Positions 25,649-37,787 of a stretch of DNA of 56,767 nucleotides are shown one piece after another (the stretch's first letter is position 1; the number at the start of each line of letters is the position of its first letter). Under the pieces are notes generated by a model. That model saw only the letters and a program-made list of their open reading frames with translations. It did not search any database and was not told where the DNA came from. The translations under genes and the position numbers were made by a program. This stretch comes from Phoronis australis (lineage: Eukaryota > Animalia > Phoronida), in contig NMRA01000113.1 in the NCBI GenBank assembly GCA_002633005.1, positions 635,792 through 692,558 on the forward strand. Reading direction: 5' to 3'.

Positions 25649-27561
25649 TTTTTATGCACCCACATATTTATATGTGGACGCATTATGCCGTCATCTCTGT
25701 CCGTCTGGCGTCCGCTGCTTTATCTCCAAAACCCTTTGACATACGTTCATGATATTTGGCACATATGTTCCAATCATAAATGGGACGGCAAGTGCTAACT
25801 TTCGGATGGATCCGACTACCGGTGTGCCCCCTAGTGGCAATTTTAGTTTTTTACGCTTACCTTTGTATCTTCAAAAGTCCTGAACGGATTTTCATGAAAT
25901 TTGGTATGTAGGCACCTATTAGTGAGATGACGCTATCCTGCCGTATTCAGATGGATTCGACATAGTTTGCGCCACCTAGTGGCCATTTTTAGTGTTTAGT
26001 GCGTCCACCCCTCTATCAACCAAACCGCTCAAAGGATGGTTGTGAAAATTGGCATGTATATGCTTACTATGCAGAGGACGGTTGACGATGATTTTCCGAT
26101 TTCGACTACTGTGGCGCCTCCTAGTGGCAGTTTTGTTTTTTTTGCGCCTATGGCTGTATCGCCTAAACTGTTCGCAGGATCTTTACGAAATTGTGTAAGT
26201 ATATTTATATGATGTTAACAACAGAAGATGACGACTTTTGGACGGATCCGACTACCGGTGTGCCCCCTAGTGGCAATTTTAATTTTTTTACGCTTACCTT
26301 TGTATCTACAAAAATCCTGAACGGATTTTCATGAAATTTGGTATGTAGGCACCTATTAGTGAGGTGACACTATCCTCCCGTGTTCAGATGGATTTGACAT
26401 AGTTTGCGCCACCTAGTGGCCATTTTTAGTGTTTTCGAGTCTGTTTTTGTGCGTCCACCTTTCTATCAACCAAACCGCTCAAATGATGGTTGTGAAAATT
26501 GGCATGTATATGCTTACTATGTAGAGGACGGTTGACGATGATTTTCCGACTATTTCGACTACTGTGGCGCCTCCTAGTGGCAGTTTTTTTTTTTTTGTGC
26601 TTATGGCTGTATCTCCTAAACTGTTCGCAGGATCTTTACGAAATTGTGTAAGTATATTTATATGATGTTAGCAACGAAAGATGACGACTTTTGGACGGAT
26701 CCGACTACCGGTGTGCCCCCTAGTGGCAATTTTAATTTTTTTACGCTTACCTTTGTATCTACAAAAGTCCTGAACGGATTTTCAGGAAATTTAGTATGTA
26801 GGCACCTATTAGTGAGGTGACGCTATCCTCCCGTTTTCAGATGGATTCGACATAGTTTGCGCCACTTAGTGGCCATTTTTACTGTTTTCGAGTCTGTATT
26901 TTTGCGTCCACCCCTCTATCAACCAAACTGCTCAAAGGATGATTGTGAAAATTGGCGTGTATTTGCTTACTATGAGGAAGACAGCTGACAATGAGTTTCA
27001 GACGATTTGGACTACTGTGGCACCTCCTAGTGGCAGTTTTGTTTTTTTTTGCGCCTATGGCTGTATCTCCTAAACCGTTTACAGGATCTTTACTAAATTA
27101 AGCAAGTGTATTTATGTGATGTTGACAACGGACGATGACGACTTTAGGATGATTCTGACTACCGGTGTGCCTCTAGTGGCAATTTTAGTATTTTACATTG
27201 ACCTCTGTATTTTCACAGGTCTTCAGGACTATGAAGGAAAAGTTCCAAGTAGAAATTTGTTTCTGGCATTCTAATGCTGTGCTAATCTCGTATGTTGGTA
27301 AATTTGTTTTTAATTCTATGTTTCTGTGGTGCTTTAAGCAACTCTGTGTATAGGATGTGCTCGTATTATGAAGATCACTCACATTTTGCCCCTAGCCTAT
27401 TGAGGAGACAATGACCATGCATTTCCATTTTCCAAAGTACAACATGATACTACATATATGCCCTCTACTGGCCACTTTATGGTACCAATAAACAACCCTA
27501 GAAGGATACCGTATGCGGTGCAATTGTGGGCGCTTTTCAACGCTCTGCGTTGCTCTTGTTT
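25649..27561 (+). mobile_element. Helentron-associated non-autonomous element (HINE/DINE-1-like) with an internal tandem array
   Basis: The 5' end has TTTTTA + TGCACCCACATA, its nearby inverted partner TATGTGGACGCA and a GTCC-like microsatellite remnant. The 3' end has the subterminal IR TGTGGGCGC (27525), hairpin CAACGC-TCT-GCGTTG (27538-27552) and a T-rich end. This matches the described HINE/DINE-1 architecture. Confidence 0.8.
25790..27190. repeat. Tandem array with a ~453-bp higher-order unit of three ~150-bp subunits (~3 units)
   Basis: GAT(C/T)C(G/TG)ACTACCGGTGTGCC recurs at 25809, 26245, 26698 and 27151 (spacings 436, 453, 453). (C/T)TAGTGGC recurs about every 150 bp, 10 times. Confidence 0.92.
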
Positions 27562-28659
27562 GAATTATGTAGCTCTTGCTCTGCATTCCTTTGACTGAAC
27601 CTTTTCTCCTTTTGGGCTATCTAATACGTTAGTGTAATAACCTTCTGGTGAGGGTTGTTCAGGTTCTTGGTTTCATCGTCAATCCGTCACTTTTAAATTT
27701 TTATTCGATTTCACCAAGTGTCATTCTTCAGAGCGCGTTCATTTTTATGTGTGTTTTTTGGTGTCAGCCACTCTATCAGCCAAACTAGTTGAACAGTCAT
27801 TATGAAATTTCATAGTGTTCCTACTCAGATGAGCATGGCTGACATTGTTCTTGGATGTTTGGAACCACAGTGGCAAACCCTAGTGTCAATTAATATGCAA
27901 TTACATATGGTTCTATATGCACCAAACTCCTGGATTTTCATGAAATATGGCACCTCATTTATATCTTTTTTCAAACCAAAAATTCTTGATTATTTCTTCT
28001 GGAGTACTGCTCCAGGTCATTCACTCTTGCTTTTAAAATTTCATTCAGGTTGACTATTTCTTCCTGGGTGATAAACTTGAGGGATTTAGTTAATTTTTCC
28101 TCTAAATTGTTCAACCGTTCATCAAGCTGATTTGGATCCATTGCAGTGCAGTAGGTTGTTCAAACAACACTGAGAGTTTCTTAATTCTTCTTCTTCCTAT
28201 ATACAACAAACGATTGGGATATCGATCCTTTCTTGTTGAGAATAGCCAGCCTATGACACATCAGCCAAACATGGAGGTGATGTGGGCTACACTTTTCATC
28301 ACCACTGCAGGGTGTCTTGCTAGCTAGGTCACTGGCAGTTTCAGGTGTTATCACACAGCAGCTTATAGTCCTGAAAGTTCAGAGATTTCACACTCACTCT
28401 GACCTCCAAAACACTATCTTCAACTACTGTTCAGTTCAAAAAATAACTCCAGAGACAATCTCAGTACTAAATAAATCCTGTTGACCACTTCTCAAGACTT
28501 AATTTATCTTAGTCAGGCACTTTTGACTGACTAACTGAAGAGCTCTCAACAGCACAACTTAACCAGCTACAGCACCCACCGCAATTATAAACATGGTAAT
28601 TAGGTCTGACCTGTTAGTGAAATTCTTTCATTCAGTTTAGGGACCTGTAAAATTTCCAT

Positions 28660-29180
28660 ATTATTTAATGTCTTTCTCAATCCCTTCTCATATTTAGGAT
28701 TATTTGATTCAGTTTTCTGGTAGCACTCGAGAAGTTTTTTTCTGGAATGAAAACTGCCTGATGGTAATGAATAGTTTCACGAACATTGGGCATGACATCC
28801 AACTTTACCATTGGGTAAACGTCCCAACAGTGGTGTTCTCCCACTATGAGAGTAAAACTTCATTCTCTAGTGCACTACTCAATACCTCATCGGTGAGATT
28901 GTCCCCATGATAACAGTCCACAAACTCTCTACTGAATAAACATTTCACAACAAGTTCAAGCTCAACAATGAACTCTATAAGAGCCTTGGATAAGCGCAGG
29001 CACCCCCCACAGTTACTGATGGATACCCAGTCCTTTATGCTAAGAACCTCATCTTTGTTTCAAAGATTTTGTAATAGCTGAACTAGTTTATGTCTCTTTC
29101 TACGGTTACCAACTTTTGTCAGCAGACGAGCACACATTGCACCAGAATATACGCCATTGCTTCTTTATAGATTTCACTCG
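28660..29180 (-). pseudogene. Decayed transposon protein C-terminus (P-element/THAP9-like motifs)
   Basis: Frameshifted reading EAMAYI-SGAMCARLLTK...DWVSISNCGGCLRLSKALIEFIVELE...FVKLFITIRQFSF..KKLLECYQK..KYEKGLRKTL resembles the YIAG..L.K / W...(D/N)RGGL..S / TIR..F motifs recalled from P-type transposase tails. Motif recognition only. Confidence 0.4.
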
Positions 29181-29225
29181 ACCATTCCACACTAGAGCTG
29201 TATTTCCTTCTCTGTCATGCCGTGG

Positions 29226-29238
29226 TATAATAATAATA

Positions 29239-29279
<41 letters not shown>
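29226..29279. repeat. (TAA)n microsatellite
   Basis: About 18 TAA units with one TAG interruption, read directly. Confidence 0.95.
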
Positions 29280-29310
29280 CTTTATTTATAGAGGATAAAA
29301 TACAATAGAT

Positions 29311-29530
29311 GTTACCCAGTGTACAGTGTCCTTAGATATTAGTTTGGTTTTCTCTTGTCCCAGGTGGGCAGTATGGAGTTATCTCAGTATGTCTTCTTGC
29401 AGGGTATGAGGATTTGTTGCATCTCGAGGATAAGGTTGTTGTCTACGGAGAGTTGATCTCTTAGACCCCAGAGTGCTCTGACGTCAGTTGGCAGCTGCTT
29501 AATTGTCTCTGGCCATCCCATGATGATCTG
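29311..29530 (-). pseudogene. Gypsy pol fragment (region leading into the integrase HHCC zinc-binding domain)
   Basis: QIIMGWPETIKQLPTDVRALWGLRDQLSVDNNLILEMQQILIP / LQEDILR*LHTAHLGQEKTKLISKDTVHW matches the GWP...W..RDELSV...IVIP...LH..H.G.EKTK..A...V.W pattern. It has one frameshift and one stop. Confidence 0.8.
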
Positions 29531-30753
29531 TCCTCATTTTATTCAACTTAATAACACTTTTCTAAAAGCCATAAAGTTGCTGTTTTTTTTTGATAGCCTC
29601 TTATATACAATTGTTTCAATTCCTGAAAGTTTCAGAGAATTCTGCATAAAGCATAGTATTTTATGTGAATTACATCAATCGTTTGAAAGATGTTATTTTC
29701 CAAAGTAATTTTTGAGGTTCTATGTGACATTTATTTGTTACACATCATTCTTAGTTGGCAAGAATGCCAGTCTGTGCCAGGGTTTTCTTTCTTCATTATT
29801 CGGATTGTTTCTTTACTTCTGCATTGTATCTCTCTACCTAACTCTGAGGATATTGCGGTCTGTCAGTTACAATATTCATTTTTGGAACTCCTGGAAACGT
29901 GCATATTTTGTAATTTATTTGGAAATTAGTGAAGAAAAGTGACAAATGCTTTTTGATTGATAGTCACTCTAACTCTTTGGATGTACAACTGTTTGTACAT
30001 TAATTAATTCTCTAGATGTACAGCCAACAAAAGTTAGGTAACTTGTCCAGTGAGTGAAAGGAATGTAAAAAGCAACAGAATTTCAGCATGATATATAATT
30101 TTTCTTTTGCCCTAGAAAGTGCCCACTCGCGTGCTTGAATTAATATGTACATTTTACAATAAGGCCAGAGATCTGAATGTTTTTGCAGAAGACATAGGGC
30201 ATATTAATTTTCATTGAATTCAAGAATTGCAATGAGAATAATATCTCTTTGTACAAACTGTGGTATCCACTATGTTGGTGTACTTGTTGTGTGATGCCAA
30301 AAAATTTTTCAATTGGTATTACTTCTTTGAGGTGGTTTAGAAAATCCTATCATTTTTACTAGGTGCCAAATCATATGTATAATCATATGAAGTGTAAAAG
30401 GTGAATGTACTAGTGAAAATGTGGTGCATGAATTGAATCAAAATCTTTGGAGATGTTTTGGGAACGTCTGCCTTTCTCTAGTGGTACAGAAATTGCTTTC
30501 TTTTAGTGTTACTCCATGTATTGCTTCAGTTACTGGCCTTTCTCATTTGTTTCATTGTTTATTTTGTTGTAACAAACATGCAGCAATTGTTGTCCCAAGT
30601 GGTACGTTTAAACTAATAAGATGACACTTTCTTAATCTAGATGAACCATTGTCATAAGTTACAGAAACAACAAAAACATGTAGTGTTATGAAAAGGAAAG
30701 ATGGCTTGTCATAGACTTGCTTCGAGTTTCTGATCAGTGTACAGTAAAGTACT

Positions 30754-31070
30754 TCAGTCAAGCTGTTTCTTTACAAAGTAGCTTTTCTTGTTCACGATCT
30801 TGTTTGCTTTTTCTTTCTTGGTTGCAGAGAGACTTTCAAAGATTTTACCATACTTCTTCAATGTGATGACTATTGAATTATTTTTGGTAAACGTTCCTTG
30901 ACCGAAATCATTGAACGTATCTCTGTTCACGATGCAATGATTTAAGTTTGTGCACTGAATTTTCATTTTATGAGATAAAATGTTGTTTTTAAGTTGTAAG
31001 TCCCTGCAGAAATTAATACTGGGTGTACTGTGAAACGCAGCAACTGCTGGATTGGGGAAAGTAGACATTC
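30754..31070 (-). other. Possible terminal coding exon (104 codons), unidentified
   Basis: Acceptor CTACCTACACAG precedes a 315-nt stop-free frame in AT-rich DNA, with a Lys-rich C-terminus. No family recognised. Confidence 0.3.
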
Positions 31071-31479
31071 CTGTGTAGGTAGATCTTATGTGAAACGTAT
31101 TTTTTTATTCAACATCTTTACATGGAGTGTGTCTATTTGTTTTGTTCATTCACAACCCTTACAAACAATTCTGTATTTTTGGCAATGACTACAATTAGAT
31201 GGTGCCATTTTTAATTCATGAGCCTTCTTCAAATTCCTTCAGCAGCCTGAGCTAGACACATAACATTTCGCTTTTGGAACCTGTCCAGTCTATCTATTGA
31301 CTGTAAACAACATGGAGTCAATTACATACACAAAGGTGGTCTCTTCTTCAGGATCCATGCAACTTAGGCAACAAAACATCAGCATTGAACCATTAACAAA
31401 TAGGCATACACACTGATGATCCATACCTTCCTCCTCACTGACTCTACGTTGCACACTAATTACACTTGTTTGCACCATG

Positions 31480-31698
31480 CATGCGCGCACCCAGGGGGGC
31501 TTTGGGGACTCGAATGAGCCCCCCCCCCATTTGGCTAAGTGTGCAAAAAGGTCCGCCCCAAGAGACAAAAATAAGCCAAATACCCAATTCAGAGTGGTGC
31601 TCCCATTTTTTTTTAGTCCGCCCGCTCTTTTGTAAGCAAAAGGGTCCATAACGCCGGGAATTCGAGCTCTCCCAAATTGAAGGCTGGGTGCGCGCATG
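31480..31698. mobile_element. MITE with CATGCGCGCACCCA TIRs
   Basis: Perfect inverted ends CATGCGCGCACCCAG / CTGGGTGCGCGCATG with internal G and C runs. A related copy is at 38467-38665. Confidence 0.8.
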
Positions 31699-33694
31699 CA
31701 GTGTCAGAAAATTTTAGATTAATGAAGTGTTGTCTAAAAATGTGCGAGTCTATAAAACTGCTATCACAAATCTGTTCTGGACACTGTGTTCCTTACTGCA
31801 TTATTTTAATGCAGTCTGACCATAAATAATTTTTCTTTTGCCTCAGAAAGTGTCCACTCTCGTGCGTGGATTAATATGTACATTTTACATTAAGCCAGAG
31901 ATCTGACTATTTTTGCAGTAGACATAGTGCATATTAATTTTCATTGAATTTGAGAATTGCAACAAGAAGTTTTAACTGTATAAAGAGGTATTAAAATACC
32001 TCTTTATACAAATTGTGGTATCCACTATGTCCAAGCTTTAGTGCACCTGTTGTGTGATGCTAAAAAATCTTTCCACTGGTATTACTTTTTTGAATGACTT
32101 AAGGTCGAGCCCTGAAAGACGATGAAAAGTATTCATTAGTGGTTGAGCTACATAGCAATATTAGCTGATGTCATGTAATATCGTAAGAACACATCTGCCA
32201 AGTCTCATTTAGATCCTATTTGAGGTTCAGGATTGAGATACAACTTTGGATGCTCAGATGCTGGACAGGAATGATGGCAATATGCACCCAGATATAAATA
32301 TGTAGATGAATAAAAAATGTAAAATTTAGAAAATCCTACCATCTTTACTAGGTGGCAATTCATACCTGTTATGATCATACAGTCATATGAAGTGTAAAAG
32401 GTGAATGTGCTAGTGAAATATTCATGAATTGCCATGAGAATAATACCTCATATGGACATAAATGTTTTGGTGATGGGCATCACCTGGAATGCTAATCCAC
32501 TCTTTAAAGACTTTTCTGCCAACTTGCGTCAATGCAGCTCTCGACGGATCTGGGTAGGTAGAGCTTTTCAGACAAATGTTGCCATTTTATAGGACCTTCC
32601 ATAACCTTACACGAAATGCGTTTGATGCGAAAAGAGCAATTCCAAACAATGATAAAATTTCAAAGACGAACGCTCTGATTGAGATTGCAATGGTCCTCAG
32701 CACAGCCACAAGTTACCATCTAGCACGTGACGTTTTCTTTGCGCATTGCGCGCGACTTGTATTTTCACAGTGGTCACTTGGAACAGCCGAGCGCGCGCGT
32801 TGTGATTTTTGTATAAAGACAGATTCCTTCACGGTCGCACGTGTGTTAACATTATATTGCAATTTTCTCAAAAAGCGCATTTCGTGTAAGGATATGTAGG
32901 TTCCTATAAAGAGATTGCCTCTCCGATCCAAGTGAAACTCTCAGATACTGCGGTTGATGCATTTTTTCAAAAATGCTGTTAAAAGTTGTTTTAAAAATGT
33001 TCCACTTTTACTCGATAGGCTGTCAAAAATAGGACTTACATGGTTTTCACGAGTAATGCGTAACATAAAACGAAAACGAACTGATATTTTAGAAAACTGT
33101 GCAGCGTTTTTGTTGTCTGGCCTTGAAATTTATATCAAATAAAATTTGATCGTGTTATTAATACCGTTGTTTTGCTATCCATGTACCTTTTTGTTTATAA
33201 ATTTTAATAAAAAGACATGGTCATGACCAAAAAAATAACAGGTTGGTAAAAAATCAAATTCTACAGGCTTTGTGCTTTCAGTATAGTTTTACCAAGTTAA
33301 AGTCTATAGTTTTCAAGATACGTTACTAAATGCACAGACATAAGGTCCGTCATAATCGGTGTTTTTTCATCCGATCAGTTACTATTTCATGTTCAAGTAA
33401 AATGGTGGAAATAAATATTGTTTGTTCCCGGTCATAATGGAATGGTCACATGAGGCCTTTTAACATTGTTTGAGACAAAAATATTTTGAAAATGTACCCA
33501 ATTTTAGTCACCCCTAATAGCATTATTATCCGAAATTATAAATTTTTTAGCGGAAATTTTAAAGTGTTGCTCCTAATAGTAGGGGTAATGACAAGCAAGC
33601 AAATATATCCCAGCGTTTAAGAGGCATCGAACTTGAAAGATCGTCAAAAACATCTTATAAACAATTCCTGGCGAAAGTGCCATCTCTCAATGTC

Positions 33695-33818
33695 CAGTAC
33701 AGAGGTATTCACTTTCCCCTGTGAGGAAATTTCAATTTTACGATTTTGAAATACGCGTGACGGAAAAACTGTGGTTACCACAGAGTTTTAATCTCCCTCC
33801 CACTTATGATAAATGTAC
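33695..33818 (+). repeat. Dispersed repeat; second copy at ~43052-43189 in a copine intron
   Basis: Both copies share TACAGAG..TTCCCCTGTGAG..TTTTGAAATACGC..TTTTAATCTCCCTCCCACTTAT.ATAAATGTAC. Confidence 0.8.
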
Positions 33819-34385
33819 GCATGCGCTCACAGTCAGTTGCTTGAGTTAAGGTCAATATACATTTTCCATATATGAGAAATATGCTACTTCTATGTCTTGC
33901 TACATCAAATAAGCAGTCGTGCTTTGCCTTGCGGAAGGAAAATTGACGAAAACGCAAGCAGTTAATAGATCGTTTTTTTTTTGAAATTTCAAACTAAAAG
34001 AAAATGCTTTGATATTTATAGAAATTAAAAATCGTTACCAACAAATGCTAAAAATACCTGGTGAGAAGGTTGAATTCTGTTTCAGTGGCAGTGAACCACT
34101 TTCAATATTGAAATTTAGTCTGTTTATCTCGTTCCAGGCCTCGTTAATACTTTCGACTGCCATGAACGGCTGTATTCCTGCGTTTCTCATTCCAAACTCC
34201 AGTAATTGACTTCCAGAATGAAAAATTAAAGATGGATACGAAAGTTTTATACTCCTAAAAACGTCCCGAAGATCTAGTTTTAGTTACTTTAATTGTAATT
34301 CCATTCCCGGTACAAACCAGAACAGCGAAAGCATTCCGTGGTATAGGAAATTAACCCTTCCACATTTATTAGGGTTGTACCTTAA

Positions 34386-35333
34386 AGTGTACGCAACATG
34401 ACTCTAGTACCTCAAAATAAATTTTATTATTATATCTTACTTGATTTCAGTGCCTTTAGTGCATAGCTCATAAAGAAACACGTAAAAATTGAAAAAAAAT
34501 AATGTACAACGTCATGGGTTGAACCCAAGTCGTTCGGCACACTGTTCGGATGAGCAACTAAGTGTATAGAGTGAAGTGAAAGTAAAGTATACTTAGCTTC
34601 GAGAAGGTTCGTAGAGGGATAAAAAGATGTTTGCGGAGGCTACAGCAACAGCAGTCAGACGGAGAACGTCCCGGTGTTCCGAAGGACCCCAAAGTTTCGC
34701 AGTAGTGGCATCGCTTCGTGCGCCGAACGAGAGTGTGGTACCTCAGCGTGGACCAAGCGATTCTGTCCGGGGCCACTCTGTGTTCTGCCCACTTTGAGGA
34801 GTCGTGTTTCGACTCCAATCAGAGGAGATGTTACGATGAAGGCCTGGTTCAATAAAGGACAATATTTACTATTCGGCTCTTTATTCAGGATCGTCTGTTG
34901 GATGATTGGGTTGACTGGCCGAGCCCGAGGCCGCTTCTCTCGCGGGAGGATCCAGTTCGTAAGGCCTCAAAGTAGAAAAGTACGCAGCTGAAAACATATC
35001 AAACTCGTTCTCGCTTTCGTGCAACCCCATTTCGTCATCCTGGCCACCATTCTCGTAGGTTTCTTCATAGTATTTATTCATTTCTTGCTCATAATCGTTG
35101 TCGCTTTCAAATTCCCTACTCTCCGCCGTTATTCAATGCTAGTCGCTGATCTCTTGTGTTCAACCCATGATGTCACATGGCGGGAAATGTGAAAATTGGC
35201 AAAATTGAAAGAGAAATCAAAATTTGGAGCTAATGATACAAAATAATCGTAGATTTGGCTAAATTTTACGTCATACATTTAGTCTGTGGCCACCGGTAAT
35301 TCGAAATGTGCAAAAATCCATGGTGTGTACTGT
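34386..35333 (-). mobile_element. TTAA-flanked non-autonomous DNA transposon, Kolobok-like
   Basis: TTAA lies at 34382-34385 and 35334-35337. The ends AGTGTACGCAACATG and (rc) ACAGTACACACCATG match at 11/15. The CpG-rich interior has an acidic minus-strand frame ending in RPYELDP. Confidence 0.5.
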
Positions 35334-36299
35334 TTAAAGTAAGAAGTTGAAATGTCAAATGTCGGCGTTGCTTGTGGTCCGAGTTGGAAACGGAAAGGGA
35401 CTCTCATCACAGTAAGGTGAGTTATGTGACAGCATAACATATTTCATGAAAGTAAACAGTTTAATTTGATTTTCGTTTTCGAACAGAGGATGAAATGCAG
35501 AAGTAAGTCCCGTATTAAAATCAAATGTTTTAACTTATGTGAATTAATTGTTCACTACTCAAAATCGTATGGTACGTGACAACGAAAATACTGACTAAAA
35601 GATCACCTATGTGCCCATAGTCTTCTAACAGCATCATTGCGTTCCACACACTATCCGACGAGGGTACACCGTTTCCGGCCAGAATACATGTCAGCGAGAT
35701 GGTTTTCTGAGTTGAAACGGTCACTCTCATAGGCGGATTTGCCCCCCCCCCNCTCCCTTGGCTGCCGCAAACAAAAATAAAACGGCAAGAGCGTAGGGAA
35801 ATGTGGAATTTATTAATTAACCCCGGCAATTAACATTATATGGCTGAAACAAGATTTAAATGTGTGCAGTTTTAGTGTGTTTTGGGGGACTCAGATCCAA
35901 TTTCAAGTGTCAAATTCGGAACACTGCGCAATCGTAACAGAACTATGGCTAAGTATGGGCTCTCCCGCGATATCCAAGACGACCGGCAGTGGCGCTGCGC
36001 ACTACGACTCTGTTTCCGTCATCTGCTTCACTGTGCAGTGAAGAAAATTACTTCATTTAAAAAAAATGGAATCTGAGTGACGATAAAAAAACAGAAGCTG
36101 CTGGTAAAATGTGAATTTTAATCGAAGCCTTAGTGAATCACTCAGAAACTCATAATTCTCACTTTGTCAAACTTTAACTTAAGACATCTTCCATAGCAAT
36201 CGCGTCATTAATGCCAACACAAAAAACGGATTTGGTCTTTTGGGCAAGAAGACAATTTTAAATACAACAAATTTGTTACGAACTGATTGCACAAAATAT

Positions 36300-37787
36300 A
36301 ACAAGAGCAACGCAAAGCATTGAAATGTGCCCACGAATGCATTGCGAATGGTGTGCTTTTAGGGTTATTTATTTGAATCATAAAAATGGCCACTAGATGG
36401 CGCAAAAACACAATGCATTCAAAAACAGGAACATGCCATATTTCATGAAAATCTGTCAAGGAACTTCAGCGAAACAAATTAAAACAGAATAAAATGAAAT
36501 TGCCACTAGTGGGCACAGTGTCCGTTGGATCCGCCTGAAAGTCGTCGTCTTCTGTTGTTATCAAATACACTTACTAAATTTAGTAAAGATCCTGCAGTGG
36601 GTTTAGGAGATACAACTATGGGCGCGAAACAAAACTACCACTAGGAGGCGCCACAGTAGTCAGTCACCATCATCAAAGGTCATCTTCACACTGAGAACAT
36701 ATATGCCAATTTTCAAATGATTTGGTTGATACAGGGGTGGACACCAAAAACAAGATGGCCACTAGGTGGTGCAAAATACCTCGATTCCATCCAAAAACAG
36801 GAAGATAGCGTCATCTCACCAATAGATGCCTATATTTGAAATTTTATGAAAATCTGTTGAGGACCTTTGAAGATACTGAGTTAAACGTAAAAAAAATAAA
36901 ATTGCCACTAGAGGGCATAGCAGTAGTCAGATCTGTCCGAAAGTCGTCGTAATCCGTGGTCAACATCATATAAATACACTTGCTAAATTAAGTAAAGATC
37001 CTGCCAACGGTTTAGGAGATACAGCCGTAGGCGCAACAAAAACAAAACTGCCACTAGGAGGCGCAACAGTAGTCGAAATCGTCAGAAAATCATCGTCAAC
37101 CGTCTTCTTGATAGTAAGCACATATATGTCAATTTTCACAATCATCCTTTGAGTGGTTTGGTTGACAGAGGGGTGGACACAAAAAACAGACTCGAAAACA
37201 GTAAAAATGGCCACTAGGCGGCGCAAACTACGTCGAATCCATCCGAAAACGGAAGGATAGCATCACCTCACCAATAGGTGCCTACATATTAAATTTCATG
37301 AAAATCCGTTAAGGACTTTTGAAGATACAAAGGTAAACGTAAAAAAATAAAATTGCCACTAGGGGGCACACCAGTAGTCGGATCTGTCCAAAAGTCGTCG
37401 TCGTCCATTGTTAACATCATATAAATATACTTACTAAATTTCGTAAAGATCCTGCGAACGGTTTAGGAGATACAGCCATAGGTGCAAAAAAAAACTGCCA
37501 CTAAGAGGCGCCACAGTAGTCGAAATCGTCGGAAAATCATCGTCAACCGTCCTCTTCTTAGTAAGCACATACATGCCAATTTTCACAATCATCCTTTGAG
37601 CGGTTTGGTTGATAGAGGGGTGGACGCAACAAAAACAGACTCGAAAACAGTAAAAATGACCACTAAGTGGCGCAAACTACGCCGAATCCATCCAAAACGG
37701 AAGGATACCGTCATCTCAGTAATAGGTGCCTACATACTGAATTTCATGAAAATCCGTTCAGGACTTTTGAAGATGCAAAGGTAAGCG
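36300..37787 (-). mobile_element. Second Helentron-type element of the same family, inverted and 5'-truncated
   Basis: The reverse complement of the 3' hairpin end is at 36300-36335 (AACAAGAGCAACGCAAAGCATTG..TGCCCAC). It carries the same ~150/450-bp array, with CCACTA(G/A) at 36390, 36503, 36638, 36759, 36905, 37051, 37211, 37356, 37498 and 37660. Confidence 0.85.

Larger units (their letters stand above)
30095..32420 (+). repeat. Local direct duplication: 30095-30420 vs 31826-32420
   Basis: Shared blocks include TAATTTTTCTTTTGCC, TTAATATGTACATTTTACA, GCCAGAGATCTGA, TGTGGTATCCACTATGT, TTTAGAAAATCCTA and TCATATGAAGTGTAAAAGGTGAATGT. The second copy has ~230 extra bp (32094-32324). Confidence 0.85.

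Noticed and set aside
34505-34560. tRNA gene or tRNA-derived SINE
   Set aside because: Only a B-box-like decamer is present, with no convincing A box or cloverleaf.
36966-37784. ORFs of 86 and 100 aa
   Set aside because: They lie within the non-coding tandem array; equivalent units are interrupted.
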